64,000 nucleotides of DNA from the human T2T-CHM13v2.0 reference genome, Homo sapiens (GCF_009914755.1 NC_060932.1); one strand, 5' to 3'. Numbered from the stretch's first letter, positions 26,111-42,910 are shown. The notes: generated by a model not told the origin, from the letters alone. Numbers and translations: made by a program.

Positions 26111-27723
26111 GCTTCAGCTGTAAAGTGGGGTGAGCAAGACTTGGCTTGCGCTTGCGGCTGCAGAGAGCCTCAGAGGTAATAGAGCCCCTGAAAGGCTGAT
26201 GCAGAGCTGACCAAGTGTTTGGCTGTTCTTATGATTGTCCTCATTATAATTTCCTTTTCTCCAAAGCTCTAACTAGCCCCCATCCCTCCATTTTGGAGCC
26301 ACCTGCAGGCCCTTGCTTAAGTCCATAGTGGTTGACAAAGTTGATACTTTTCCACCAAAGTTTTAAAGTGAATTCCAGAGAGTGGCCAAGGTCCGGCCCA
26401 GTGGGAACACAAAGCCATTCACATCTGCTGGCTCCCTGCAGCCTCTTTGGCTGCTGGTCCACCTGGCTGTCCTCAGCCTCCTGGGCTGCTCAGGCCACTG
26501 AGTGTGAGCCATGGTCTGGGGTGGAGAGCACAGCAGCAGTGACTCATTACTCTCACTGCTGCCTGCATGTAGACGAGGCAGGATGCAGACCAATATCTCT
26601 CCAAGATGTGTTGTCATCCTCCCCAGCACAAAGCTTCCCAGGTACCAGGCCCTGCCTCCAGCACCCTGGGCAGCATGAGTGACATTCCTTTCTGTGAATT
26701 TGGAAACAGTTCAGCTTTTGTTTCTTTCTGTGCCTTGCAGGTGGTCTTTCTTCTTTCTGTTAGCAGCATCTAACATTCAAGAGTCTTTGATTTGACTTTT
26801 GTTTTGAATAAAACACCCCCCCACACACACACCTATCTGAGGGTTAATTATTCCTTGCTCAGATACAGAATGACAAAATTTCATATCTCCATTGAGTACA
26901 TTCCTACAGTTCACCATAATCGTTTGTTTACATTTCTGCCTTTGCCAGCCCCAGAGGGCAGAAGATCAACTGTTGTCAGCACCTCGTTACAGCTAACAGC
27001 TAATGGGCTCCCTGAGTCCAGAGCCGGGAGAGCTGCATGGGGCTGCAGAGGTCAGACAAAGCTCCACGGCTGGGAGGAGCTGTGACTGGATTGGAAGGAT
27101 GGGGACAGTTCTTACAGATGGTGATGGGAGGAGGTACCCCAGGAGGAGCAGTGACATGGACAAACAGCAAGGGAAGAGCTTACCACTGGACTTCACCCTC
27201 TGGGACTCTGAGCTTTGATGCAATGAATGGATAAAATCAAGGTGACTTTTTAGAGCTGTTTCCATACTGTGTATTTGGTCTTCATTCATTCCCATGTTTT
27301 TATTTTTCCATAGGGATTTACTGACTTCACCAGGGTGTACAGAGGAAGGAATGAATCCTTCTTATTGCGAATTCTAGAAAAGGCTTCATATGGGAGGTAT
27401 CATTTGAATTGGGCCCTAGAGGGTGAATAGAATTCCTGTGCATTGAGTTAGAGACAAGAAAGGCAATGAAAGAGAGGCAATGAACGCTTTCTAGTTAAGC
27501 AAGGAGAGCCCCATGGGCCAATTCCCTCATGGATCATATTTCTGGGTGCCTGATGTGTGCCAGGCACTGCACAAGGCGTAGGGAGCAGAATATCATTAGC
27601 GAACGAGGATCAGAAGCAGGGTCTGCCTTCAGAGGGAGGGAGCCTGGGGAGAGGGGCACATGATGGGCATGACCACTAGGTTGGTTTGTAAGAGAGCAAT
27701 CAGAGTTTTAAAAAGTGGAGGAA

Positions 27724-28030
<307 letters not shown>

Positions 28031-28402
28031 AGAGGAGGAACCCGTCTCCCCATTGTCTGGAGGTCTTGCATTCACATATGCTTCCTCTAACCCCTTTCAT
28101 CTTGGCTTGTCCCATTCCCACATCACTTTTTAAACTCAAATATGGAGTTTAAAAACTCCACTTGTTGGCTGGTTGTGTGGGGGCAGCTGTCCTCCAGCAA
28201 TGCTTATGTCCCAATCACTTTACAGTTTTTAAAGGGGGAGAAGGGTGGGTGCATGGAGAAATGGAACACTAGGTGGTAAGAGGTGGGGGACGCCTTTGCT
28301 CTGAGCACCAGGAAAGCAGAGAGAAAGACCACCAAACTCTTCCCTGACCCGCCACTCATGCCTCACCTGGGATGAGGGCAGAGAAAAGGTCTCTGATGAG
28401 AC

Positions 28403-28932
28403 TGTAATATCAATATCCTAAAGCACAACTCTGCCAGGGACACACAATTGGGTTCATAATGTTGCAGGCAGAACACACAGAATAGGGCACCTTGGCTCAT
28501 GTCAGTAAGGGTGTGTTACAGAAGGTGAACGCAGGGTTTAGGCCTGTGTTAGGTGACACTGGGGAGAGTTTCAGGAAGCGGGCTTTGCTCTGGATTGGAT
28601 GTGATCAAGAAACAGGGGCGTCGCCATGCCGGAATGTCTTATCTATAGAGAGGGCCAATTAGAGTGAGGCTAATGCTATGCTTGGTCAAGTAGCAGTGTC
28701 ACTCACATGAGCCAGGAGAGGGAGGTGCTTGGTCATTTTTGTGGCGTGGACAAAGTCTGTGTTCATGACTACTGAGGGATGTTGTTTTATCTGGCTCCTT
28801 CGTGGGCACAGAGTGGCCTTGTCTGATGTTGATACTCTATGGGATGTTTGCGTTCAGCAGGAGAGCACCAAGGCCTGGCTGAGGGCACCAGGTCAGCTCA
28901 CCAAGGTCAGAGGCTGTTTCCTGTCCTCTTGA
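28403..28932 (-). mobile_element. Old ERV1 LTR (MER89-like)
   Basis: gctttgctctggattggatg...cacagagtggccttgtctgatgttg...ggagagcaccaaggcctggctg. Confidence 0.6.
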
Positions 28933-28959
28933 GTTCACACTTGGACGGCAGGGTGGTGT

Positions 28960-29105
28960 TACATAGAAATGATAAATATTTGGGGAGACGGATATATTAA
29001 TTAGCCAGATTTTATCATTCCACAATATATGTGTGTATATAAACATCACTTTGTACTCCATAAATATATAAAATTGCTCTTTATCAATTAATAAAATAAA
29101 ATAAA
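28960..29105 (+). mobile_element. Short L1 (L1MA/L1PB) 3' end
   Basis: gataaatatttgggg..aaacatcactttgtactccataaatatat..aataaaataaa. Confidence 0.75.
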
Positions 29106-29148
29106 CCTAAATAGGAAAACAAGGTCAGATACCCTGACCTTCTCTACT

Positions 29149-30259
29149 TATCACTGAACTGAACTGGGTCCTCTCACCTGGCACAGTAAGGCCAAGCATC
29201 CACATGCACATTGGCAGTGGGAGAAAGGAGAGTGTTTATTTGTAGAGCACTGAGCATTGAGAATCCGGCAGCCCATGCTTAAGGCCCAGGCTTCCTGATG
29301 GCTTCTGAGCAAAGGTTTTAAAGACAGGGGTCAATTTCAGGAAAGCACAAGTTACAGGCAAAATCATAAATCAACATGTGGAGACTAAACATTGGTTTGG
29401 CCTAAAAAGGTGGGATTTCCTGCAGTGGGGTAGGTCACAGGTAGATTTAAAGGTTTTTTTGTTTTGTTTTGTTTTAGTTTTGGTTTGGTTTTTTGGGTTT
29501 TTTTGAGACAGACTCTCACTCTGTCACCCAGGCTAGAGTGCAGTGGCCTGATCTCGGCTCACTACAACCTTTTGTCTCTTGGCTTCAAGTGATTCTCCTG
29601 CCTCAGCCTCCTCAGTAGCTGGAATTACAGGAGCGTGCCACCACGCCCAGCTAATTTTTGTATTTTCAGTAGAGACCGGGTTTCACCATGTTGGCCAGGC
29701 TGGACTCAAACTCCTGACCTCAAATGATCCACCCACCTTGGCCTCCCAAAATGCTAGGATTACAGACATGAGCTACAGCACCCAGCCTAGATTTAAAGTT
29801 TGATTTGCAATTGGTTAAGGAAGGGTAGTTTGTTTAATTTTTTTGGGACAACAGAAAGAAATGCTAGGTCTGGCCCATGGGCATGACATTCTCCAGGCCC
29901 CCAGGAAGACATTTTGAATAAAGAAGGGTGGGCAGAGCTCAGTCCTCAGCTCCCCCTCATCTGAGGTCTGTGTACCAGAGTATCCATTTGGTGGGGGCCC
30001 AGGTTTCTGAAAAACAACCCAGAGACATATGTTAAAATGTTATTTTTAGTCTCTATGGAGGAACCAAACAACTTATGGCTCTAACTTTGTTGGCTATTGT
30101 TTTAGGCTGCTATTACCTTCTGGCTTACCAGCTTGCTCATTTACTTCCCAAGACTAGCTAGGTGCCTGCAATGTCCCTTGAAGGAACTCAAGATTTTCCT
30201 TTATTTCCATGCTTTGGGGGCCCTGTAAGCCCCTAAAGAGGGGTTCCTACTCCATCTCA
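29149..30259 (-). mobile_element. ERV1 solo LTR (MER39/MER49 group) containing an Alu
   Basis: Minus strand tgagatggagtaggaacccctc..gcatggaaataaaggaaaatcttgagttccttcaaggg; TSD tact/cact. Confidence 0.8.
29453..29788 (-). mobile_element. AluS (Sz/Sx-like)
   Basis: TSD tagatttaaag. Confidence 0.93.
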
Positions 30260-30549
30260 CACTTGACCTTCCCACACTTGAAAGTACACTGTGTCCCCGC
30301 CTGGTTAGGTAGATTTTGTCCCTGCTGATTGCTGTCTCAAATAAGAATAATGAAAAATTTATTTCTGTTTCTTTAAAATGAGCAGACAGAAAGGCTCTTA
30401 AGGAGGAATAATTTAAACTGGAAACCTAGGGTGGGTATGGCCTGACCTCCTTCAGTTTTTACAAAGGTCTTTGTCAAAAATGCTTCCAGACAGGACCTCT
30501 TCTCAGGTAGAGATGACTATGAAAGAAAGCAATTAGCCTGTGGATATGA

Positions 30550-30862
<313 letters not shown>

Positions 30863-31799
30863 TCAGCCTGTATTTCTTTTTATTAATTGATTGATTATTT
30901 ATTTTTTTATGTTCCCCCAAATACTTAGAGATTGATCATTCTCAGTACATCTTAAAAAGTCATGAAAATATGCTCTTGCCTTAATCTGAGGGTCTCATTT
31001 CCTTTCTGTGGACTCCACTGTGTAGATAGCTATACTGTTTTCACCCAGTGTCACAATCCTTGGGCGCGGAACATAGAGGTGGGATATGCGTGTGTGAACA
31101 AGGGAGAACTGGATGTTTGGAGCAGACTAAAACCTAGACAAATTGGGAATAAAGAAATGCCTGGGATGTATGGGAAACCAACACCACCAAGACCTTAGCA
31201 CTTGCCCTGAAGGAGTTAAAGTCCCTAACCCAGCGCTCCATGCAGAGCAGAGACAGGTCTCCTACCCTCATCAGGTAGGAACTGTCAGTGAGAGGCAATG
31301 TGAAGCAGGCAACATAAATTTTTAAAATCTCATAGCTTGTTTATGCGGTGGGGCCCGGGTCCAGGATCAGCAGAGTCCTCCATATGCCTTGTGCATTCCC
31401 ATTTAGCTGACTGTTCCTTATCTTTGCAAACTCTGCTCACTCTACCCAAGCCAATCCTGTCAAATAGAGCTCATTAACTATGTGTCACTCCACCCCTGGT
31501 TGCTAATTTGCATGGTTTTGTTTATTGCAGCATCATTGTCAGAAGGAGGGTGAAACTTTACAGGGACAAAGAACAGGAAAGTTCTTGGACAATTTGGTAC
31601 TATCTGGCCTCTCCACTCTTTAGTTAAGCATCTCTTGTATCCTTACCTGTCCTCTTTCTCTAGGCTGGGAGGATGGAAAAACACTGCCACTTCCTCCTGC
31701 ATTTTCAAATATCTTAATGAATAAAACATCTTTCCTAAAATCTAGTAATTTAATCTAAATGTCATCCCAGTGTAAGTCATCACTCTCTTCTCTTGAAAC

Positions 31800-32279
31800 G
31801 TTGTGTGTACTTTTGTTCTGTTTTGTTTTTATATCTTTTCTCTGCCTTTGGTGCTATTTTACCTAACTACAATATGTCTAGGTGTGATTTTCTATTTATT
31901 CACCTGTCTTGGGGTTCCTGTGCTTCCTGAGTCTGAGGATTCATGTCCTTCAGCACGTCTGGGAAGTTCTCAATCTTTCTGGCCATTACCTCATTACCTA
32001 TTGACCCAGTCATAGTCTTGTTTCTATTATTATAATGGGTATAATGTCTCCTTTTCTGAGATCCTTGTAAAGTTGCATCTTTCATAATTTTCATTCTCTT
32101 TCCCTCTGGATTATGTTTAGAGTAATATGGCAGTATAATCAGATCTAATATCAGGTTTACATGTTATATTGCCACCTTCTTCATATGTGCATTTCTGGCC
32201 CATTCATTAATTTTATTTAAAATTTTAATGATTATATTTTTATTTCTAGATGTTCTACTCACTTGATGTTCTATTCTGG
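31800..32279 (-). mobile_element. Very old L1M 5'/ORF1 fragment (probably continues after 33213)
   Basis: actacaatatgtctaggtgtgattttct...cttcctgagtctgaggattcatgtcctt. Confidence 0.5.
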
Positions 32280-33212
<933 letters not shown>

Positions 33213-34042
33213 CTAGTATATTGCTAGTTTCCTATGATTTTGAATCCTCCTTTTATTTCTTTATTTTAAATGTGCTCGTCCATAAACTCTAAGAATTATC
33301 TGAAGTTCTTAAAGGCCTAATGCTGCTAATTATCATACCTAACTGACCCTAATGTATTGTTTATGTGGTATTCATGGGTATCATTTTATTGTATTGTTTC
33401 AATACATTACTCACAACATCTTGTATCTCCATGTATTTCTTCAATTTAGATGTTCAGATTGAACTGAATCTGGATTATACTTTACCCTAGATCAGCTCCT
33501 CCCCTTCTGTTCCCGTTTCTCCTGGCTTGGCTACATGCCTTGTATCTTTGAAGGAGGTGGCTTATGTACTTTGTGCTGCTGAAAACTCTACTCACAGCTG
33601 CCATAGTACAAGCTCCCACAGGCCTAGGAGCCCTGGTGTGTGTGCAGCCTTACCTGATAAGGGAGAAATTGCTGCACCTGAGCATGGATTAGGCTGGACC
33701 ACGAGATGCTCTGGCTTCCAAGCTGCTTACTCAAGGGTCTAGGCAACAATCCCAGAAACATAAGGGACTTAACCCCCTGTACGGTGTACTTTGACCAGCA
33801 AGGAAGAAGAGAGTGGAATGAGCCAGGAAGTAAATTTCTCACTCTCTCTCCTCTCACAACAGACTCCAGATGCAGTGGTTCCCCCAGCCCTTATCCAGTG
33901 GGTTTTGTTTTGAAGGGGTGGCTAGCTAAGGAATGCGTCACCTTGAATTTATTTTTGGTGCAAGGATGACTGACACATAACACTACAGGGATTCAAAGTT
34001 GTGAGCTTATATTGGCAGTGTTCAAATTTGCTTTCTTGCAGA

Positions 34043-34853
34043 TTTTTAAAATTAAGGTATAATTGACATAAAAACGTATACATTTTTAATATATACATCT
34101 TGATGAGTTTGTAAGTATACAGCCATGAAACTTGCACTCCAAGCAATGTCATAAACATGACTATCACCTCTAAAAGTTTCCTCCCTCCCTCTTTTTTGGT
34201 GATAAGAGCATTTAACATAAAATCTACCCTCATAAAACGTTTTCAAGTATATGATACACTATTGTTAACTATAGATGCTTGGCTGTACTGTACATCCCTA
34301 GGACTTATTCATCTTGCAAAATTGAAGCTTTTTTTTTTCCTTTGAACAACACCTCCCTGATTCACTCTGTCTTCAGTCCCAGTAGCCACCATTCTACTGT
34401 CCGTCTCTGTGAGTCTGATTACTTTAGATCCCTGATGTAAGTGAGATCATGTAATATCTGCTCTCTGTGTCTGGCTTATTTTACTTTGCATGATGTCGTC
34501 CAAGTTCATCCATGTTATATCAAATTGCAGGATATTTTTAAAGGCTAAATAATATTTCATCGTATGTATATATCACATTTTTTATCCATGCATCTGCTGA
34601 CAGACACTTAGGTTGATTCCATATCTTGGCTATTGTGAATAATGCTGCAATGAACATGGGCGTGTAGATATCTCTTTGAGATCCTGATTTCAATTCTTTT
34701 CAATATATACCTGGTAGTGGAATGACTAGATAGTATGGTAAATTTTGTTTTTCAAAGAGCCTGTACACCGTTTTCAATTATGGCTATACATATTTACATT
34801 CCCACCAAGAGTTTACAAGAGTTTCTTTTTCTTCACATCCTTTCCAATACTAA

Positions 34854-34897
<44 letters not shown>

Positions 34898-35292
34898 TTA
34901 ACAGCCATCCTAACACGTGTGAGGGGATATCTCATTGTGGTTTTAATTTGCATTTCCCTGATGGTTAGTAATGTTGAGCATCTTTTTGTGTACCTATTGT
35001 GTATCTTCTTTGGAGAAGGATCTATTCAGATTTTTTACCCATTTTTACAATTAAATTATTTTTTTGATTTTTTTTTTTGCTATTGAGTTGTATGAGTTCT
35101 TTACATATTTTGGATTTTAACCCTTTATGAGATATATGATTTGCAAATATTTTGTCCCATTCTGTAAGCTGACTTTTCGCTTTGTTGATTGTTTCCTTTG
35201 CTGTGCAGATGCTTTTTAGTTTGATAGAGTACCATTTGTCTATTTTTGCTTTTGTCACCGTGCTCTTGGTGTCATATCCCAGAAATCATTTC
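34043..35292 (-). mobile_element. L1MA9/10-like 3' fragment with a T41 tract at 34856-34896
   Basis: Antisense 3'UTR and ORF2 end ([24 protein letters not shown]). Confidence 0.85.
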
Positions 35293-35294
35293 CC

Positions 35295-36270
35295 TTCATC
35301 TCATGGTGTTGATGCCTTTGTGTAGCCACTTCCTCTGAGTGAGGGCAGGATTTGTGACTTTCTTCTAACCCATAGAATTTGGCAAAGGTGTTGGGATGCA
35401 CAGGATTACGTTACATACGATTGTAACTCCTCTTTTGCAAGGAGACTCTCTCCCTTGCTGGCTTTGTGGAAATAAACTGCCATCTGTGAGCTCCCTATAC
35501 AGAGAAACACATGGCAAGGAATGGAAGGTGACTGTGTCAGTTCCTAAGGCCACCAAAACAAATTACTACAAACTTAGTGATTTAACACAAATTAATTCTT
35601 TCACAGTTCTGGAAGTCGGAAGTCCCACACAGGTCTCATAGGACTAAAATCAAAGTGTTGATTAGGCTGTGGGCTTTCAGGATGCCCAAGAGGAGAATCT
35701 GATCCTTGCCTTTCATTTCTGGAGGCTGCATGCATTTCTTTGCTCATTTCTCCTTCCTCCATCTTCAAAGCTAGCAACAGCCTGACTGCTTTTTTTCCTT
35801 GTTGTTGTCACATTTCTCTCTAACTGACTATACCCAGGAGAGGTTCTATACTTTTAGGATTCACATGTTCAGATTGTACTCAGCTGGATAATACAGAGTC
35901 CTCTTCTCATTTATCAGCCTTAATCACACCCACAAAGTCTGGTAACAGATTCTGGGGATTAGGGAATGGGCATCTTTGGGGAGGCATTAGTTTGCTTGGT
36001 ATAGCGACCTCCAGCCAAAAGCCAGGAAGAAATTGAGGCCCTCTGACCAACAACCCACAAGGAACAAATGCTGACACCAGGCACATGAGCTAAGAAATAG
36101 TTCCTTCCGCAGTCAATCCTCAAATGAGACTGCAGCCCTGGCTCACACCTGGATTGAAGCCAAGGTATGCCTGGACTCCTGATGTACAGAAATTGAGATA
36201 ATAAATGTGTATTGTTTTAAGCAACTAAGATTGTGGTAATGTTATTATACAGAAATTGTTAGCTACTACA
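35295..36270 (+). mobile_element. MLT1E/F-type LTR, split by an antisense MLT1D
   Basis: tttgtgactttcttctaacc..tggcaaagg; resumes cctccagccaaaagccagg; ends gtggtaatgttattatacag. Confidence 0.7.
35533..36003 (-). mobile_element. MLT1D-type LTR
   Basis: aaattactacaaacttagtg..cacagttctggaagtc; TSD gtgac/gcgac. Confidence 0.75.
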
Positions 36271-36444
36271 TTGTACAGAAGTCTGTTTGGCTTTGTTCTT
36301 GCCTTTTTCTCCAAATTCATCTACATTGCCCTCCCTTCAATTCATGCATGCATACGTTCACAGAAACACACACACAAACACACCACCTACAATAAGTATC
36401 TACTACTAATTACTTACACAAAACACTAGGTTTTATGCCTCTGT

Positions 36445-36890
36445 ACTATGAGAAAGAATATCACCCAATGAGAAAAAACAAAGGCTATTTATTCGGAGTT
36501 TGCTATAACAAAGAGTCAGCCACCATCACTTACATTTGTCATACAGAGGAGTAGAAAGCTGTATAATGGAAAAAAAGGTAAGGTATTAGGTATTCCCTGA
36601 TTGAAGGCACAGGGAAGCTGGAGTTGGGCTAATTACAAGTAGGGCAACCCATGTGATTGCTTAGGAGTGAATTTAGGCTTTCTCTAGTTGTTGGAAGTTG
36701 GGGAAACTATCAGTTATTTATCACAACCTGGCCAGTTTAGGCTGATAGTTACAGGGGTGGTTGTTTGGCTTTCTGGATTGGTTGCTGCAGATAATTGGTT
36801 GACATTCTGGACTGATTGCTGCCAACTGCAAGTCAGAGCTTTATTTTTGTATATGGTTCGGCCATTGTCCATCTGTGTATTCAGCTGCTT
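36445..36890 (-). mobile_element. MER67-like ERV1 LTR
   Basis: Minus strand ctgaatacacagatggacaatggccgaaccatatacaaaaataaagctctgac. Confidence 0.65.
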
Positions 36891-37190
36891 AGCACTTTCA
36901 CAAGTGCTGTCTTCTCTGCCTAGAGTGCCCTTCCTAACACCTTATCTAGCTGCCAAACTTGTATTCAACCTTCCAAACTCTGCTTAAGTTAACTTCTTTT
37001 GTAAAGCTTGCTGCAGTCACTCAGCTCTTTATTAATCTCTTTGGTACTATGTTTACATCAGCACTGAGTGTGTCATACTATATCAGTTTGCATATATTTT
37101 TCTCTCCAACATAACTGTGAGCTTCTGTTTCTCCAGTATGTAGCCCAGGGCTGGGTAGCTAGACACTCAGTACCTGTCTATTGAGTAGAG
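36890..37190 (+). mobile_element. L2 3' fragment
   Basis: tgtcttctctgcctagagtgccctt...actgtgagcttc..tctccagtatgtagcccaggg. Confidence 0.55.
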
Positions 37191-38569
37191 GTAAAATAGC
37201 CAGGGCTGGTGACAAACTGAATATTCTCATATTTTTTATCCAACCCAGTGTTGTCATTTTAATGTGAACTGAAGCCATGGGGTCTTCTGATGTTGGAATT
37301 GAAAGGTGTCATGCCCATCTTGGCCTACTGCTAGAAAGAGAAAAGGAATGGCAAGAGCCTTACCCTAATTTCCCCTGGGAAAGAGTCCAAATAGCAACCC
37401 AAAGGCAGGCCCCCGGACCCAGGTTATTGCTGGTATTCCATGCATCCTGGAGCTGTTGGAATGCTTTGGAAGGGCCTAGAGCCACAAGTGTGGTGCTCTG
37501 GGGTCTCTATCACAGTGAGTAAAACAAATGCTGGCGCATTGAGGGTGTTTGCGTACAAGAATGTAATCATGAGTAATGGAAAATGACTCATCACCTACCA
37601 ACATGATGATTTAAACTTTCTGAAGAATGAATGGTGTACTCCAAGAAGACAGTGGAAGCAAGGTTGGTGCTGAAGAATTTTGTGATTCTAACACTTTCTG
37701 TCCATGTTTTCATCAGCCCCATGTCATGGAAACACCATTATAAATACGCAAAGGGGTATGTATAAATCTGTTGTTGTTTTAGGAACTCAAGAGTAAAGGT
37801 AAGCCTACAGCTATGCTATTTCTTGGACTTCTTTAGTCATCAAGCCAGGCAAATGAATATGTTAGGGATTTTTCTCTTTTTATGTTTTTTTTTTTTTTCC
37901 CACCAGCTCAAATCCCTGTATGGTTAATTAAAAGCAATGGCATCATCTCTACTGTGATGGAACAATCTCATTTCAATAATCCGTCATACTAATTAGGAAG
38001 GGGAGAAGGGATTTTTATATTTCCAATTTGTCTATTCTAAAACTAGCAGAATTCAGAGATGAGTCAAGGAAAATCCAACAGGCAAAATTTTGTTTGGAAA
38101 ATTATGCTTCATAAATCTTAATATGTGACTTAGATTTAGGGCTCTTGCATTATTATTGTTGCTGAAAACTAATAATCAGTTATATTTGCAATAATAGTAG
38201 TAGTAGTAATCATCATCATCATCATAATAGCAGATAGCATTTTGGAATGTCTACTGTAATCTACATCATCATTTCCCCAAGTGTGTCCATATAACACTAG
38301 TCCTTTATCATGAAAAATACTTCCATAGGTCAGAGATGCATTGAAAAACTCAATACTTTAGCCTCCCTTGGAGAATTACAATGTTCACTAGGAAAAAAAA
38401 TTCCCTCTTTTCTAGTTTTCTATTTGTAGGAGTCTTGAAGTTAAAAAAATTATATTCAGAACTGTCAAAACATATTTGATAATGAAATAGTTTATATGTG
38501 GAATACTTATTTGCATCATGGGAATTGGTAGTTCATGGAATAGGTTTTGGTATTTTAATTATTAAAAAC

Positions 38570-38700
38570 AATCTACTATACAGTTATGCTATTTTATTAC
38601 AGATAAGAAAAATGAGACTCAGGAGGCGTGGTGTTTTGTCCAAAGTCAACAAATACATTCCATCTCTGGAACTGAAACCTACAACTGTCTGGCTGTAGTC
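38570..38700 (-). mobile_element. MIR
   Basis: tattacagataagaaaatgagactcagg..ttgtccaaagtca. Confidence 0.6.
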
Positions 38701-39832
38701 TATGCCCCTGATGAATGTACTTTGTTGTCCATGTGGGTTTTGGTTTGTGCATGTATTTGGCCATTCAAGTTAAATCTTCTATCCTTATTCTCTGTTAGGT
38801 GTTCTTTAGAACATTTGCAGAATAAAAGACCCACAACTAGACAGTGAACCTTTATATGATTCTTCATACCAGGCATAGTGGAACGTTGATTCCTTTGCTG
38901 ATATAGAAATTCATGCCCGCAAGACAAGCATAAGGCCACCAGATGGGGGAAGGAAGAGAGGCAGGGAGAAAGCACATCTTTTGTTTGCACCTCTGGGTGT
39001 CAGGCACTGGGCTGCACATGGGATACTGGGAAACACAAGACAAGAATGTGTCACAAAGACTTCCACCAAGGTGTAGCTTAACTAATGACTTTTTAGAATT
39101 TTGGCTTTTGATGAACACAAGTTCTTAATTTTCACCAGGTTTAAGTTATCTTGTTTTTCCTTTATGAGTAGTTCTTTGTAGCTTGTTTAAGAAATCTTTG
39201 CCTAAAACCAGAGTATAAAGATATTCTACTGTTTTATTCTGAAGATTGTTTTTCACTTTCAGACTTATGTTTATGGTTTTCCTCCAATTATTATTGTTTA
39301 AGGCATACTGTGGGATAGTGTGGAAAGTTCATTTTTTTCCCATACATATTTCCTGACTCTCTATTTTGACCTATTGCTTTATTTATCTTTGTGTCGATAG
39401 TCACACTGACTTTATTACTGCAGCTTCATACTACATCTTGAAACTTATAGATCCTCTAACTTCTTTTTAAATATTGCCTTGGCTATTCTATAGTCACAGC
39501 ATTTCCACAAAACTTTTGAATTTGTTTATCAATACCCACAACACTAACATAAAAAGAATGACCTGCTGCAATTTTAATTACAATTCTATTGAGTCCATAA
39601 ATGAATTGGGGAGAGTTAAAATCTCAGTAATATTGAATGTCTCAATCCATGAGCGTAGAATATCTGTCAATTTGTTTAGATATTCTTTAATTTTTCTCAG
39701 CAGTATTTTGTATTGTTCCGTATGGAATTCTTACATATCTTTCCTTAGATTTATTCTTAGATATTTGGCTATTTAAATATTATACACATTTCCATGGATT
39801 TATTCCTATATATTTAATATGTTCTTATGTAA

Positions 39833-40268
<436 letters not shown>

Positions 40269-41231
40269 TAATTCTAACTGTAGATTAGGTGATTTCTACA
40301 TCCATAATTGTTGCATTTATAAAGAAAAATGGCTTTATTTATCCCTTTATAAATTCTCATAATTTTAATTTAATTTTTGTGCATGACTGCCCTGGTTAGT
40401 GTCTCCAGTACACAGCCAATTAAAGGTGAGGAGAGTGGACATCATTTTTTCTGTTCCTTTTTTCAGAGGGAAAGCATATATACTGAATCATTGAGTATGA
40501 GATTAGCAGAAAATTTTTAGCTGATGTTATAACAGATTTTAAAAGTTTCATTTATCTCATTTACTGATAAGTTTTGATCATTGACAGGTATTGAATTTTG
40601 TCAAGTGCTTTCTATATATTTACAGGAAAGGTCATAAAAATTTCCAATTGTATTCTGTTCATGTGTAAATTAAAATGATTAGAATTTTAGTAATAAGCCA
40701 AACTTGCATTCCTGGAATAAATCCCACTTTGTCAAATTGTGTTACCCTCTTCGTAGATCACTGGATTGTATTTGACAAAATCTTCTGTACGATTCTAATA
40801 TCAAAGTTTATGAGAGATGTTAACCTGTAATTTTCCTTTCTTGTAAGAGTCTTCTTAGTTTTTCACATCGTTATGCTCATTGCATAAAATTAGTTGGGAA
40901 ATGTTTTTTTTAAAAATTTTATTTTCTAAAAGACTTTGTATAAGATTAAAACAATTTCTACCATAAATGGTTTGAAATATTCACCTGTGAAGCAATCTGG
41001 TCCTCAAGCTCTTTGGAGGAAACTTTTTTATTTCAGATTTAACATATTTAACCAATTTAGAGCTATTTATGTTTTTATTACTTTTTTATCTATTTTGAGT
41101 AAATCGTGTTTGCCAAGGAATTTGTCTATTTTATCTAGATTTTCAAAATAATCAGAATACATTTTTTCATAATCATCTGTTTTGTTATCATTTCAATGCC
41201 TAAAGGATGTGTTGTTCTTTCCTCATTTTAA

Positions 41232-41690
<459 letters not shown>

Positions 41691-42175
41691 TGATTTACCT
41701 TTTCATTTGCTATTGTTTCCTTATTTCTTCTTCCTTTGTGTTTAATTTCCTATTCATTTTTTAGAAGTCTGCACTGCAATATTAGATTATTAGTTTTCAA
41801 TATTGTTTTCTTTTCTAATTTATACATTGGAAGCCATAGATTTCCCACTTTGACCTTCTTTGAGTGAATAACATGATTTTTGATGTGATAGTTTTTTAAA
41901 ATTTGATTTTTATCATCATATAATTTAAAGTATTTTCTAGCATATTGCTACAGTGTTGATTAGTGAATTATTTGGAATTGTGTTGCTTAATTTTCAGTTA
42001 TTTGAAATTTCTCATCATCTCTCTTCTTTTAAATTAAAATCATATTCACCTGTGATCAGAAAACATACACTGTATTATTTCATCTTTCAAAACTTGTGGC
42101 AATTTGTTCTATGTCTATAATTATGTTTTCGTAAAGAGGCCCTGAAATTTTGAAAGGAACGCAGTTACTAGATGT

Positions 42176-42910
42176 TGTCTTAGTCCATTTATTGTTTTGC
42201 TATAAAGGAATACCTGAGACTGGGCGATTTATATGGAAAAGAGGTTTATCTGACTCACAGTTCTGCAGTCTGTACAGGAGGTGTGGCACCAACACCTGCT
42301 TCTGGTGCTGCAACCACTCATATTAGAAGGCCAATGGGAGCTGAGCTGGCCTGTGCAGAAATCACAAGGTGAGAGAGAGGAAGCACAAGAGAGGGGAGGG
42401 TGGTGCCAGGCTCTTTTTAACAGCCAGAGCTCATGGGAACTAATGTAGTGAGAATTCACTCACTACCAGGACAGCACCAACTCATTCATGAGAGATTCAT
42501 CCCCACAACCAAGACACCTCCCCATAGGCCCCACCTTCAATATTGGGAATCAAATTTCTTTCTTTTTTTTTTTTTGAGACGGAGTCTTGCACTCTCGCCC
42601 AGGCTGGAGAGCAGTGGCACCATCTCGGCTCACTGCAAGCTCTGCCTCCTGGGTTCATGCCATTCTCCTGCCTCAGCCTCCGGAGTAGCTGGGACTACAG
42701 TCACCCGCCACCATGCCTCACTCATTTTTTGTATTTTTAGTACAGACGGGGTTTCACTGTGTTAGCCAGGATGTTCTCCATCTCCTGACCTTGTGATCCA
42801 CCTGCCTTGGCCTCCCAAAGTGCTGGGATTACAGGCGTGAGCCACCTCACGCAGCCGGGAATCAAATTTCAATGTGAGGATTGGAAGGATCAAATATCCA
42901 AACCACAGCA
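42176..42910 (-). mobile_element. MSTB-type MaLR solo LTR containing an AluY
   Basis: tgtcttagtccattt..tataaaggaatacctgagactggg...caaatatccaaaccacagca. Confidence 0.85.
42559..42856 (-). mobile_element. AluY
   Basis: TSD gggaatcaaatttc. Confidence 0.94.

Noticed and set aside
34856-34896. T41 tract as a body-less retroposon or processed-pseudogene tail
   Set aside because: No TSD is seen, and it coincides with a naturally T-rich position of the antisense L1, so slippage expansion is the simpler explanation. The same applies to A22 at 6093-6114.
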